A stretch of 63,621 nucleotides of DNA, the filler included, from Thraustochytrium aureum (lineage: Eukaryota), in NCBI GenBank assembly GCA_012862495.1. It is 7 parts of 6 records of this genome, joined end to end, with 100 filler letters (N's around TTAATTAATTAA, not from the genome) between each part and the next. Parts side by side here need not be neighbours in the genome. Positions count along the whole stretch, not along the records: positions 1 to 28,384 come from BLSG01000340.1; 6 more parts are not named here. The stretch is one strand, 5' to 3'. How positions within the stretch are numbered: the stretch's first letter is position 1; every line of letters starts with the position of its first letter. Below are positions 10,838-22,965 of the stretch, in pieces. The notes beneath the pieces were generated by a model. That model worked only from the letters and a program-made list of their open reading frames with translations, ran no database searches and had not been told where the DNA came from. Made by a program: the position numbers and the translations under genes.

Positions 10838-11442
10838 AAACAGTACGACGCAACGCTCCACGGGGCCGTGGCGTCAACCAGGTCGCCTGCCACCGTCAGG
10901 GTCCATCAGCATGGCATCAGGGCCTACACCCACACCAAAACCCTCCACCACCGCAATCTTTTATGCCCCAAAAAGCAGCCAGCCCAGAGCGCCAGACAGC
11001 CAAGCGCGTAATTCCCCAGCGGCCCGTGCGCGGCCCGTGCGCGGCAGCGCAACCGAAGCCGCATCAGAATCAATCAATCATCATGATCTCGAAAGCCCGT
11101 GTCGAGTCTCCGAGTGCTCGATTTTTTTCGTTCGCACTTGATTTGGGAAAACCTCACTTCCACAGCCGCCTAGAGGGTGAACCGAGGACCAAAGGACTCG
11201 CGGCAGGCAGCGATGCGGCGACGGGGTCGAGCAGAGCGCGAAAGCACTCGCAGCCGCGTGGCTTCGGTCAGTCGGTCGGTCGATCGATTGATTGGTTGAT
11301 TGATTGGCTCGTTGATTGGCTCGAGCTTGCGTGGCTGCGCGGTGCCCGTGCGTGCTTGGTGGCCGGTGTCTGCGGAATTCGGCAGCGCCGCGATCAGTCA
11401 GTCAGGCTTGGACGTGGTCAAACGAGGTCGCGCTTGCAAAGG

Positions 11443-11950
11443 ATGGACGAGTACAGGGAGTTCGTGCGGGAGCACCCGGCGCAGGTGAAGCGCATGGAGG
11501 AGATGGGCAGGCTCGTTGCTATGTTCTTGCCGGTGTCGCGGCTCGGTAGGTTTTCCGAGGTCTTTCAGGAGTCCACGTACAGCGTGCTTGGGCTTGTAAG
11601 CTTGTACCACGACCGGATCATTCAAAAGGCGCAACAGGGCGCCGCGGCGGCCCGGGACGAGGCGCAGTCACAGGCGACGCGGGCGATCAGACTTGCACTG
11701 ACGCTGTTCGCGCACACCGAGGTGGTGCTCGAGATGCTCGCACGCATCTTCGGTGGCGAGGTTCGCCGGATGCAGCTCATCTACCTCGTTGAGTGCCTCA
11801 AGGCGCTGGGGCGCCTCGTGCTGCTCGGGCAGGGCAGGGCTGGCAGCCTGCTCTTGGCCGGTGGCCAATTCGAGGCCAAGGTCGCCAAAAAGGTCGACGG
11901 TGAGCCGGCCGTCGAGATCACCGAGCTCGACACGGAAACGCGGCGACGGG
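11443..11950 (+). CDS. PEX16: Peroxisomal membrane biogenesis protein Pex16 (5' part; 3' in gap)
   Basis: MDEYREFVREHPAQVKRMEE...FLP...GRFSEVFQESTYSVLGLVSLYHDRII...TEVVLEMLA...VECLKALGRLVLL matches the Pex16 N-terminal pattern. Confidence 0.85.
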
Positions 11951-12761
11951 NNNNNNNNNNNNNNNNNNNNNNNNNNNNNNNNNNNNNNNNNNNNNNNNNN
12001 NNNNNNNNNNNNNNNNNNNNNNNNNNNNNNNNNNNNNNNNNNNNNNNNNNNNNNNNNNNNNNNNNNNNNNNNNNNNNNNNNNNNNNNNNNNNNNNNNNNN
12101 NNNNNNNNNNNNNNNNNNNNNNNNNNNNNNNNNNNNNNNNNNNNNNNNNNNNNNNNNNNNNNNNNNNNNNNNNNNNNNNNNNNNNNNNNNNNNNNNNNNN
12201 NNNNNNNNNNNNNNNNNNNNNNNNNNNNNNNNNNNNNNNNNNNNNNNNNNNNNNNNNNNNNNNNNNNNNNNNNNNNNNNNNNNNNNNNNNNNNNNNNNNN
12301 NNNNNNNNNNNNNNNNNNNNNNNNNNNNNNNNNNNNNNNNNNNNNNNNNNNNNNNNNNNNNNNNNNNNNNNNNNNNNNNNNNNNNNNNNNNNNNNNNNNN
12401 NNNNNNNNNNNNNNNNNNNNNNNNNNNNNNNNNNNNNNNNNNNNNNNNNNNNNNNNNNNNNNNNNNNNNNNNNNNNNNNNNNNNNNNNNNNNNNNNNNNN
12501 NNNNNNNNNNNNNNNNNNNNNNNNNNNNNNNNNNNNNNNNNNNNNNNNNNNNNNNNNNNNNNNNNNNNNNNNNNNNNNNNNNNNNNNNNNNNNNNNNNNN
12601 NNNNNNNNNNNNNNNNNNNNNNNNNNNNNNNNNNNNNNNNNNNNNNNNNNNNNNNNNNNNNNNNNNNNNNNNNNNNNNNNNNNNNNNNNNNNNNNNNNNN
12701 NNNNNNNNNNNNNNNNNNNNNNNNNNNNNNNNNNNNNNNNNNNNNNNNNNNNNNNNNNNNN

Positions 12762-15006
12762 GGTCGCCCGTTGGCTGGATGCGCCGCTCTGTTGAAGACG
12801 TCCATATGGTGGTTCTTGCAAAACTTGTCCACCAGCGCCGTGTAGCCAGTGTTGTCGCCGCATGACTCGTAGTTGGACAGGAGCTTTTGCAGAGCCAGCG
12901 TCCAGGCCCAGGGCGCGTCGCCCGGAAGGCGGTCGGCGACGTTGGCGCGTGCAAAGGCGTCGCGGATCGGCGTCAGCCTCGAGCGGCTCTTGTAGATCCC
13001 TGCCACGACCTTGTCGGGGGCCACCCGTCCCTCGGACGCATCAACAAGGAACTGCACGGCCTGGGCTGCCAAGATCGACGCGCGCACGCGATCGAGAGGG
13101 CTGGGGATGTCGCCCTGGCACAGGTGGCCCAGCTTGACGGTGCGGACTGTGTAGCAGCCCTTGCCTTCCTCGGCAAAGAGAGTCTCCATAAAGTGCAGGT
13201 CGTAGGCCTTGCTGCAGAACTCGTTGCGGACCAACACAAAGTGGCGCTTCTCGTGCTCGGTGATCAAAGTCTTGATGTGCTGGATGTCAGCCTGCATCCT
13301 CTCGAGCGTCACGCCCTCCTCGCGCGTGTACACAATGTCCGCCCCTCCAGCGAAGGCCGCCGAGAGCGCCAAGTAGCCACAGCTGCGCCCCTGCGTTTCG
13401 ATGATGAACACGCGGCTCTTGGACGAGTCGGCCGACTTTTTGCAAGTATCGATGGCTTGGACGATCGCGTTGACCGCGGTGTCCGCGCCGAGGCTGTAGT
13501 CAGTCCCTGGCACGTTGTTGCTGATGGTGGCAGGCACGAAGGCGAGCGGGACAGACACCGCGTCGCCCATCTCGTAGACGCCCTGCATCGCGTCAAAGCC
13601 GCCAATCACAAGGATGGCGCTGACAGAGTACTTGGACAGGCACTCGTTCAGGCGCTTCACGTCCCTCGGGACCTTGGCGATCGGTGCGAATGTTGCACCC
13701 ACCCTCGCCAGCCCACGACGACACCTCCATCCAGTCGAGGTCGACCACCGTGCCCTCGCAGACACCGTCAAAGCCGCCGTGCGCCGCGCAAACGGAAAAG
13801 CCCTTGTTCATCGCGAAGCGCACCGCTGCGCGGATCGCGGCGTTCATGCCGCCCGCAGGAGCGCCCGAGCAGATGATCATCAGGCGCTTGCCGGTCTGCT
13901 CCAGCTTGGCCACGTCGCGGTTGATCGCCTTGTGGAACTCAAAGTTTCGCTTAAAGTCGTGCTTGCGGGCCTCGATGGCGCCTTCAAAGTCCAGCTTTTC
14001 GGTGAGCCTGCCGACTTCCTGGGTAGCCGCGATCGTCTCCACCAGGGGGTTGTACACGGGCTCGAAGCCCTTGATGCCCACAATGGTGGCGGCGTCGCCA
14101 GGCTTTGACCGACGCAGCTTCTCCACCGCCATCGCCCCAGCGAGCGTGCCCATGCTTCGGTCGTATGCCGAGGCGTGGCCTCCGCGCTGCACGTGGCCGA
14201 GGATCGTGGCGCGCGTGTCAAACTTGAGCCGGTCCACGATGACCTGGCGGACGTGGTCGGTTTTGATTGGGTTGCCATTGCGGTCGATGGCGCCCTCTGC
14301 AACAAGGACGGTGCAGAGGCGTGCGCCGCGCTTGCGGCGCCGCTCGAGCGTTTCGCACAGCTTGGTCTCCCAGTCCACCTTGGTTGGCGGCGACTCTGGG
14401 ATGAAGACAAAGTCGGCGCCGGTCGCCATGGCGGCCGCCCAGGCCAGGTACCCGCAGTGCCGGCCCATGATCTCCAAGACAAAGGTGCGCTGGTGGCTTG
14501 AAGCCGTCGACTGGACGGCGTCGATGGCGTCCACGATCCGGTGCAAGGCAGTGTCCGTCCCGGTGGTCAGCGTGCCTTCGTAAACGAGGTCGTTGTCGAT
14601 CGACCCCACGATGCCGACCAGGTTGAGGAAGTGGCAGCGGTCGGCCTGCCCTTGCGAGATCTCGCCGGCGGCCACCAGCTCTTCGAGCAGGCTCGTCCAC
14701 TCGAGCTTGAAGATGTTGGCACCGGTCAGCGAGCCGTCGCCGCCGCAGCAGACGAGGTTGGTGATGTTGCGTTCCACGAGGTTCTTGCAGGCGCTGAGCC
14801 GGCCCTTGCGCTCTCGAAAGTCGGCGCACCTCGCGGACCCGATCACGGTCCCGCCGCGGTGGATGATCATCCTCGTGTCCTTCCACTCAAACTTGCGAAT
14901 CATGTCGCCGCCGTCCACCAGGCCTTGATACCCTTCATAGATCGCAAACACTTCGCGCCCATAGAACCGCCCCAGCCTCGCCACGGCCCTGATCACGGCA
15001 TTCATC
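12762..15006 (-). CDS. PFK: ATP-dependent 6-phosphofructokinase, tandem-duplicated eukaryotic type; one apparent frameshift near 13663-13665; both ends in gaps
   Basis: Catalytic half: MNAVIRAV, GGTVIGSAR, GGDGSLTGA, GSIDND, EIMGRHCGYLA, LGHVQRGG. Regulatory half: GAPAGGMNAA, PATISNNVPGTD, ETQGRSCGYLA, PSPLDR. Removing one G from a GGG run joins the two ORFs (...RQGPEDVKRLNECL). Confidence 0.93.
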
Positions 15007-15979
15007 NNNNNNNNNNNNNNNNNNNNNNNNNNNNNNNNNNNNNNNNNNNNNNNNNNNNNNNNNNNNNNNNNNNNNNNNNNNNNNNNNNNNNNNNNNNNNN
15101 NNNNNNNNNNNNNNNNNNNNNNNNNNNNNNNNNNNNNNNNNNNNNNNNNNNNNNNNNNNNNNNNNNNNNNNNNNNNNNNNNNNNNNNNNNNNNNNNNNNN
15201 NNNNNNNNNNNNNNNNNNNNNNNCGCGTCTGCTCCGTGGCCTGCTCCGCCGCAGACGTCACCCGCACCATTAGGTAGTACATAGCGTACCGTATCGATGC
15301 CGCACCAGCTCGAGTACCTCACTCACTCGCGCATGATGCCCGCCTGCCTTCAGACGCAGTCTGCGCCTGCGTGGGTGCCACTCCGGCGGCGCTGACGATG
15401 ATCAGGGCCCGTGGCGCGCTCGGCCGTTGGTCGTCGGTGGGCTGGGCTGGCCCGCGCGAGGACTGACTTGGTCTTCCAAGGCTTGTTGTTGCCTGGTCAT
15501 ACTCTGCGAGGAAAGCGTAGTTCCATCGCCCCGGAGACGCGTGCATGCCGTTCTGCATTCGTCAGCAATGCGTGGCGTCACAAGACTCACAACGGCGCCC
15601 GCGTGGCGCCTCATTCCCAGCCGTCGCCAGCGCATCGTGCCCGTCTGCGCATCGTGCCCGACTGCGCATCGAGCGACGGGCAGCAGGAAGATAGATGCAC
15701 TGCTTGGCCTCAGGCTTTCGTACTCATCTTGACCAAGGCGTGCTTCACGGAGCGGCGCTGAGAGGAACGGGTCGGCTGCCGAGCGCCCCAACGGTTGGAG
15801 AGTAGGCGATCGGGCAGATGGTCCTTGTTTTGCATGATTTTGTTTTTGCGTTTGAAAATGACCCTACAAGTAGAGATTGGGCTCGAGGTCGTCCGGCAGA
15901 CTGTGCGAGATCGACGCGCTGGCGTCCCTGCAGCAGGCACGCTGTGATGCCGGCGCTGAGCAGACGGTGTGCGCACGAG

Positions 15980-17176
15980 CTAGTGGTGAGGGCAGGTCGC
16001 TGCATTGTTGCGGCACGGGGTGCCTCTCGACGTCGAATGGTTGCACGTCCCTTCGGCCTGCGAGCGGTGGAGCCCGCAGAACCCAGCATACTTGGCCGTT
16101 CTCGAGCAGGGTTTTCCTGCGTTCGTGAAAGCGCGACAAGAATCCACCGAACCGTCGCCAGGGCTAGGGCTGCTCGGGGTTCTCGCAATGCGCAGAGCGC
16201 CAGTTGCGGCAACCAAATCCTCAACCTCGTCCTCGGCAACGAGATGAGACGTCTTGGGAAGGCTGTCAATGAGCTTTTCCTTGAAAGTGCCAGGCACTAC
16301 GCCAGCTTGCTCCAACAGCGTGTACAGGTGGGCGGTCCTGTTCGCCCTGCTGTCAGCCATTGCACCGGACAGCCGCGAGAGGATTTTCTCGAGCAGAGTC
16401 TTCCGCATCCCGGCGTCAGCAGTAAGGTACAAGATGTTGTGGCCTTGAACCATGCTCAGGCCGACAGGAGTGAAAACCTTTGGCACCCTGGCGTCGGGAA
16501 TCCCAAACCACTTCGGCTCTGTCGTCGACAAGCACTCACGCTCTTTGTCCTCCAGACGAAACGACTCCGTCCTGACCAAGATGAACGGCTTGCGGTGCTT
16601 GATCCCGTGCGCAATCTCCTTGAGGCACCAGTGCCGGGTGAAGATGCCACGGGATAGAATAATCAGCACCGCGGCAGAGTCTTCCACGGCTTTCATCATC
16701 GTCGGCTCGATGACATTGTCTTCCGAATTCGAGTTCCACACCCTGATGCCAGCCAGCCTCTCGAGCTCCCCCTTCAGCAGCTCGGCAGCAAGCTTGCTCT
16801 CTTTCTCGTGCTTGCAGATGAAGACGTGGTGGCGAAGATTGCTGTCGAGCTCCAGCTCTTCTCCCGTCATGTCGAGCGGGGCGGGAGCCGGTCTTGCGCG
16901 AATGGTCAAGTACACCTTGCCGTTCACCGTCGTCCAAACATTCTCGACGCGCGTCGTCGCTTCATCTCGCTTCTTCAGCTTGACCTGGTCATTGACATCG
17001 AAGAACTGAAAGCACCCAATCTGAACCTCGCCCTCCTTTTCATCCTCCTCAATCTGCTCACGCACGAGATTAAGCGCAGCCCCGGCAGCCACAGTGACGT
17101 AGTAGTCGCGCAGCGCCTCCCCTCCTTCGTACCGCAGGTTCACGCGCACCTCAGCGGTCGCCTTGTCGTCTCCCAT
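15980..17176 (-). CDS. TIR-domain protein with an N-terminal beta-grasp-like domain and two C-terminal C3H zinc-finger-like motifs
   Basis: ATG 17176 (MGDDK). TIR: HVFICKH...LKGELERLAGIRVW...MMKAVEDSAAVLIILSRGIFTRHWCLKEIAHGIKHRKPFILV. C-terminal CRAFTNAGKPC..FCGLH and CNHSTSRGTPC..TCPHH. Confidence 0.8.
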   Translation of the reverse strand: MGDDKATAEVRVNLRYEGGEALRDYYVTVAAGAALNLVREQIEEDEKEGEVQIGCFQFFDVNDQVKLKKRDEATTRVENVWTTVNGKVYLTIRARPAPAPLDMTGEELELDSNLRHHVFICKHEKESKLAAELLKGELERLAGIRVWNSNSEDNVIEPTMMKAVEDSAAVLIILSRGIFTRHWCLKEIAHGIKHRKPFILVRTESFRLEDKERECLSTTEPKWFGIPDARVPKVFTPVGLSMVQGHNILYLTADAGMRKTLLEKILSRLSGAMADSRANRTAHLYTLLEQAGVVPGTFKEKLIDSLPKTSHLVAEDEVEDLVAATGALRIARTPSSPSPGDGSVDSCRAFTNAGKPCSRTAKYAGFCGLHRSQAEGTCNHSTSRGTPCRNNAATCPHH

Positions 17177-19393
17177 AGTGCTCAGCCGGCAGGCGCCTGC
17201 TCCGCTTCGACCTCGATCACGCCTCGCGAAAGCTCGCGCCGCGCGTGCCAACTTCCAACCAAGCTCGTCGTCCTGCGAACCTGCGTGCCACGCAGGTAGG
17301 TAGGGTCTCTTGCGGGTCTGGTGGCTCTCGAGCGCGCTCCGCGCACCCCTGCGAGAGCAGCGCGCACTCATTCGTCAAGGTGGCCTCAACCTATTACTAC
17401 AGACGAACAGACTCGGGCCAAAAGGCCAAAATCTGGATCTGTGCTGTCCGCGACACCACGATCGAGGTCGACTTGGCGACGGTCGAACCCAGGCGGCGCC
17501 GCCCAGCGCCCAGTGCGGCTTGGCTGGAGCGGAGGAACGGCGACGACGTGGGGCGGCGCCTTCTCGACCATGAACGCTGGGCGCTGGCCGGTCTTGCGTG
17601 AATGGATGCCGGCGTGGGAGGCACGCCGCGTTTGGACGGCACCATGGACGACCGACGAGAGCGACGAGAGCGGCGCGAGGCCGGGCAGCTCGAGGCTTGG
17701 CGCGCCAGGCTNNNNNNNNNNNNNNNNNNNNNNNNNNNNNNNNNNNNNNNNNNNNNNNNNNNNNNNNNNNNNNNNNNNNNNNNNNNNNNNNNNNNNNNNN
17801 NNNNNNNNNNNNNNNNNNNNNNNNNNNNNNNNNNNNNNNNNNNNNNNNNNNNNNNNNNNNNNNNNNNNNNNNNNNNNNNNNNNNNNNNNNNNNNNNNNNN
17901 NNNNNNNNNNNNNNNNNNNNNNNNNNNNNNNNNNNNNNNNNNNNNNNNNNNNNNNNNNNNNNNNNNNNNNNNNNNNNNNNNNNNNNNNNNNNNNNNNNNN
18001 NNNNNNNNNNNNNNNNNNNNNNNNNNNNNNNNNNNNNNNNNNNNNNNNNNNNNNNNNNNNNNNNNNNNNNNNNNNNNNNNNNNNNNNNNNNNNNNNNNNN
18101 NNNNNNNNNNNNNNNNNNNNNNNNNCCGTTCGAACAGAAAACAAGAGAGCTCGCAGAGCGTGGCCCAGCCCCGAGCCAGCTTGCCCTCGCTCTTCGCGTC
18201 TTGAGCATCTCGGCCTCGTACCGTCCCTCTGCAGACTGGCTGTGCCACCCATCCCAACAGAGCGAGGCAAAACCACGAAAGCCACTCTTGGTCTCGAAGT
18301 GCGAAGGTCCGCGCTAACGGACCTTTTTCGACCGAACTATGCTCGCCGTCGAGCGGCAAGCGCGGTGCCGCACCAGCGCCAGGGCCGAGAGCAAGCCGTG
18401 GGGCGCAGTGGGCCCGTGCATCAGGTTCCAAGCACGCTCGGTTGCCCGCGTCGTGCACAACAAAACAAAAAGGGGAAACCGGAATCAAGCAAGAAGTCAA
18501 GCCGGTCGGTTCGTGGGCTGGGGCGTCGCTGGCTGGTGAAGGAAGCCGCGCTGCACGATTAACGTTCGCTGCGGCCGCTGCTGGTGCAGCTGGTGCAGCG
18601 CTTGTGCTGGCCCTGGCGCGGCGCGGTGGAGGCACCGCGCCGGCCACGACAACCATTACAAGACCAAGACTAAAATGTGAAATTTTATTCATGAACTTGG
18701 AGGGTCTGTTATTAGAAGCACTTTGTAGGTCGGTTCAAGAACAGTTGATTGCTTTTTGTCGAAACGATACAGAACTCTGGCCACAAGGGGCGGCGCGGAG
18801 GCCGCAGAACGAAGGGTGAAGCAGCACAGTGCGGGCTGGGAGCAGCAGGCAAGCGCTTTGTGCACGCACTTCTACAAGAGTATTTGATGCAAAAGCCTAA
18901 GCCGTCTCGGCAACGTTTCGATTCATAATTCGGCTTGAGGTGAGAACACGGCGCGGCGTTGCGCGACACTTTTCTGCACCCGGGAAAGGTGAACGTGCAC
19001 ATGCCCGTGTCTACATAGGAAGAGCTTGTGCCAACGAGCACAGCGGAGATAGACCGCGTGAAAGAAGAGGCGAGGAATTGTGCACAGCGCGTCGCGCGCT
19101 CGCTCGGGCCTAAACGCCGCAACGCATGCAAGCAACGTTAATTGCAATCGTCGTATCCGGCAACGCCGCAGGTCCAGCAGTCCTTAACTCTAGCTTGCTG
19201 CCCGGCGACCAAGCTCCTTCAAGTAGGGAGCCAAGCGCGCGCGCACGAGCAGGACAGGCAGAAGTGCCGCCCAGACAGCACTCGGACGTCGCGACAGCAG
19301 GTCCCGTTGGCGGTGGACGAGAGGTAGAGTTGGCGCGGAGGGCGGAGCCGCAAAGGGCCGCCGGCTCGCCGCCACCAGCAGGGTTTTCAGGAA

Positions 19394-21268
19394 ATGGAGT
19401 TCAGCCACGAGTTTGACGAAGCCACAAACGACGAGCTCATCGATGCCGCACTCTCCTTGTCGAACGACACAAGCACCGCCCACGAAGACGTGAGCCCGTT
19501 CAGCGAGAGCCTCAAAGCATCCGACGACGGCGCTTTCATACCCCTGCCACTTGACCCGCTCACTTTGGAGCCAAGGTCCCTGGACACGGTCAGCAAGAGC
19601 CCTGTGTGGTCGCCAACCTCGTCGGGCCCGGCGTTTCAGCACCCTGTGAACGTCAAGAAGGAGCCCATCTCCAGCAAGTCGACGGGCAGTTCGTTCATGA
19701 GCGGAGTCGGAGCGCCAGCCAAGCTAAAGCCTGCGCAACGCAGCAAGAAGATCAGCCGGCGCAAGTCGTCGACGTACCGCGGGGTCTCGTTCAACATCAA
19801 GTCCCAGCGCTACAAGAGCGTGCTCACCGTCAACAAACGCCAAATCTTCCTCGGGTATTTCGAGAACGAGGAAGACGCTGCTCGCGCCTACGACAACGCG
19901 AGCCGCCTCCACCGCGGACCACACGCACGACTAAACTTTGGCTTTCAAAGCGAAAGTGATGCCGACGACCAAGAGAGCGATGCTGCCCCGAACACCACGT
20001 ACAGGAGCTCTAGGGCTGGGAGCAGCGAGTCGCCTTTCGCAGGAGCTTTTGAGGGCCGGAATTCAAGCACCAGCGCTTCGGAGGAGAAAGACTTTGGGCA
20101 GTGCAGGAGCAATTCGCCGCCACCCCCCAACGTCTTGACGTCAGGGTTTTCCTCGGCGCTTTCTTTCTTGGGCCTGAGCGACCCCACCTCGCCGCTTTCA
20201 CCCGGGTCTCCGCTGAAGATTGACACGAGCGAGCTTTTCGGCTATTCAAGCTCGTTTGGTCTCTCTCCGCCATGCTCACCGGGCGGGATGCATGGCATGA
20301 GCTTTGACACGATCGTGCCGATGCCGCAGCCTGGTAGTAGCGCAAGCAGTCCCTCGAGGTTTGCGCAGAGCAAGGTTGCCGCTGGCTCAAACAAGAACTG
20401 GCGGCCAAGGCTCGAGCTCGAAATCCCCTTTATCTCGGGGGACTACTCGGACGAGGCGGACACGCCCCGCAAGCGACTCAAGTCGGAGGACGAGACCAAG
20501 TCAATAGACTCGCCTCGCCCAAGCTCACTCAGCGTGCTGGCCCGTCCGTCGTCGCTGGGAATGTCGTCGTTCACTGCCACCGCGCTCGCCTCACCGACGG
20601 GCTCGGTGTCCTCCTCGCGGTCCACCTCGTCGCGGCCGCAGCCATCGACGCCGTGGGCAAAGACGTCGCGCTTCCGCGGTGTCTCGTTCAACCGAAAGAA
20701 TGGCAAGTTTAAAGCCGTGCTCACGCACAAGGGCAAGCAGCTCTTCCTTGGCTACTTTGAGCTAGAGGAGGACGCAGCGCGCGCCTACGACACGGCGTGC
20801 GTGCAGCACAGGGGCGAGGGCGCAACCCTCAACTTTCCGCCCTCGAGCTCCTCGCCCAGAGATGCCAGCAAACGGCTCAGCAGCCAGTTTCGGGGCGTGT
20901 CCTGGTGCCGCAACAACCAAAAGTTCAAGAGTGTCATCACGGTCAACGGCGAGCAGCGCTTCAACGGGTACTTTGACAGCGAGGAAGAGGCGGCGCGTGC
21001 TTTCGACAACGTTGCCCGTCAGACGCGCGGGCCGGACGCTGTGCTCAACTTTCCTGACTCCAATGCCGCATCGTCGTCGTCAAGCGGCGAGGTGGGAGAC
21101 GAGTCTGAGCCTGAACAGCGGCTGCGCAAATACGGAACATCATCCAGCTCGTGCCTTACTCCAACGACCGCTGATCTCGTTGAGAAGAGCGCGCGCCTTC
21201 GCCTGCACAGTGTGGACTCCCCCACTTCGTCTTCGTCCTCGCCGACTGGCTTGAGGTTTTTCAACTGA
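19394..21268 (+). CDS. AP2/ERF transcription factor with three AP2 domains
   Basis: Three S[TRQ][YF]RGVS...GYF..EE.AARA[YF]D...RG..A.LNF units separated by Ser/Pro-rich linkers. Confidence 0.95.
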   Translation: MEFSHEFDEATNDELIDAALSLSNDTSTAHEDVSPFSESLKASDDGAFIPLPLDPLTLEPRSLDTVSKSPVWSPTSSGPAFQHPVNVKKEPISSKSTGSSFMSGVGAPAKLKPAQRSKKISRRKSSTYRGVSFNIKSQRYKSVLTVNKRQIFLGYFENEEDAARAYDNASRLHRGPHARLNFGFQSESDADDQESDAAPNTTYRSSRAGSSESPFAGAFEGRNSSTSASEEKDFGQCRSNSPPPPNVLTSGFSSALSFLGLSDPTSPLSPGSPLKIDTSELFGYSSSFGLSPPCSPGGMHGMSFDTIVPMPQPGSSASSPSRFAQSKVAAGSNKNWRPRLELEIPFISGDYSDEADTPRKRLKSEDETKSIDSPRPSSLSVLARPSSLGMSSFTATALASPTGSVSSSRSTSSRPQPSTPWAKTSRFRGVSFNRKNGKFKAVLTHKGKQLFLGYFELEEDAARAYDTACVQHRGEGATLNFPPSSSSPRDASKRLSSQFRGVSWCRNNQKFKSVITVNGEQRFNGYFDSEEEAARAFDNVARQTRGPDAVLNFPDSNAASSSSSGEVGDESEPEQRLRKYGTSSSSCLTPTTADLVEKSARLRLHSVDSPTSSSSSPTGLRFFN

Positions 21269-21834
21269 CGTGGCACGCTGCTGCGTAGCTGGAATTGAAA
21301 CCGCTTGGATGCGCACTTGCTCGCCAGGCAGTTGGCGCGCCCTGACTCTGTATCATACACACACGAACCGATCAACAACAACCCCGACTTTGAGAGAGAT
21401 ATCCCATTTCCCCATTTCTGCTGCCTGCACGTGCTCCAGCGCAACAAGCCATGCGACATGGAAATCAGGCCGCTCCCCAACAACGCTGATCTCGATGCAT
21501 CCCGGGCACTACTAGCACATCCCGTATGCATTCATTCACCTGAGCGATTGATCGGTCAGAGGGCAGCTGTGGCTTGCATGCATTTCAGCCGTGTTTCTCG
21601 ACTTTTTGCAGTTTCGGCGATGGGGTTTCGACATGATGATGGGGACTCCCGGAATCCACGGGCTACGAATCAAGGACCCGCTCGAGTTGCCGAAGGGAAG
21701 GATGCGGCGAGGCTGCGAGTTCGTCACCAAACTCCGAGCTGAACGCTGTCGGGTCTGTGAGTTGACTCGCAGCACCGCTCTCAAAAGCAAACACCCAACC
21801 GCAAAGCGATACGCTGCAACGAGCGACCCACAAG

Positions 21835-22766
21835 ATGAATAAGCCTACCACCAAAGTCCGCAGCGTAGCGGCGGCTCCAAAGGGCAGCTTGGATTTTTTT
21901 GATGTGCCAACCAAGAAAGCGAACGGCGCCCCACGACCCAGTGCGCAGCCACCAACTGCGCCGCCCAGGCGCGGCGCGGCGCAAGTCGGACGCGCGCGCA
22001 AGCGCAAGGCCCGCAAGCTCTACAAGCGCACCAAATCACAAGGCCNNNNNNNNNNNNNNNNNNNNNNNNNNNNNNNNNNNNNNNNNNNNNNNNNNNNNNN
22101 NNNNNNNNNNNNNNNNNNNNNNNNNNNNNNNNNNNNNNNNNNNNNNNNNNNNNNNNNNNNNNNNNNNNNNNNNNNNNNNNNNNNNNNNNNNNNNNNNNNN
22201 NNNNNNNNNNNNNNCTTTCCGACGTCAATGAGGTCGACACGAACCGCCTGGACCTAACCACAGACTGTTTCATGAACGAGTTTGGGGCGGTTGGCCAACT
22301 CCCCTTTCGTCTGCGCAAGGTCACGACGAGATCCGTCGTTTTGCATCGGGAGGTCAACATATTCACCGACTTTAAACTCGGGCCAGGCTCGTACGAGCTC
22401 AACGTGAGCAACGTCGCGAGCTCGCGCAGCGTGGTGGGCTCTGCCAAGCGCGTCGTGGTCAAGGTATGGCTGCAGACTGCGACGCAGCGATACAGCGTCA
22501 ATGCCACCACCAAGTCGCTTTCTACCAAGGACCGTGACCTCAAGTTCCCCTTTTCAGTAACCGCGCCGGGCGACAGCCGTCTAGTGGTGCATTTGATCTC
22601 GAACTCGCGCGTGCACCGCATCCCCGTCCAGGTGGCGCTGTGCGAGCTGCTTTGGCCCGACGCTTTGCACAGACTTTCCGCCGGTTTGGGCTGGGTTCGA
22701 GTCTCGGACGGGCTCGACGCGGAGACCGAACGAGCTTGCGTGCCAAAGGACAAAATGAATAAATAA
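21835..22766 (+). CDS. Hypothetical protein (basic N-terminal part, beta-rich C-terminal part) spanning an N gap
   Basis: Open frames with coding-like composition on both sides of gap 22046-22214. No family recognised and the boundaries are uncertain. Confidence 0.45.
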
Positions 22767-22822
22767 ATCGACGCGGAGACCGAACGAGCGTGCGTGCCAT
22801 GAGGACAAAATGAACAAATAAA
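22714..22822. repeat. Tandem duplication of a ~54-bp unit, 2 copies
   Basis: TCGACGCGGAGACCGAACGAGC.TGCGTGCCA..AGGACAAAATGAA.AAATAAA at 22714 and 22768. Confidence 0.9.
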
Positions 22823-22965
22823 TTTGCTCGCATTCGTAGACCTCTGCACTTGCTCGCGTACTTACAACACACCTACTTACTCAGTCGTCTCTACCGCTTG
22901 TTTTTGATCCACTCGCGCAGCAAAAGCAGCGGTCTCGAGCCACCTGGAAGAGGCTCCGGCTCGCA

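Noticed and set aside
17371..17711. Possible coding fragment (KIWICAVRDTTIEVDL...) divergent from the TIR gene
   Set aside because: No clear start, changes frame, runs into a gap, and no family recognised.
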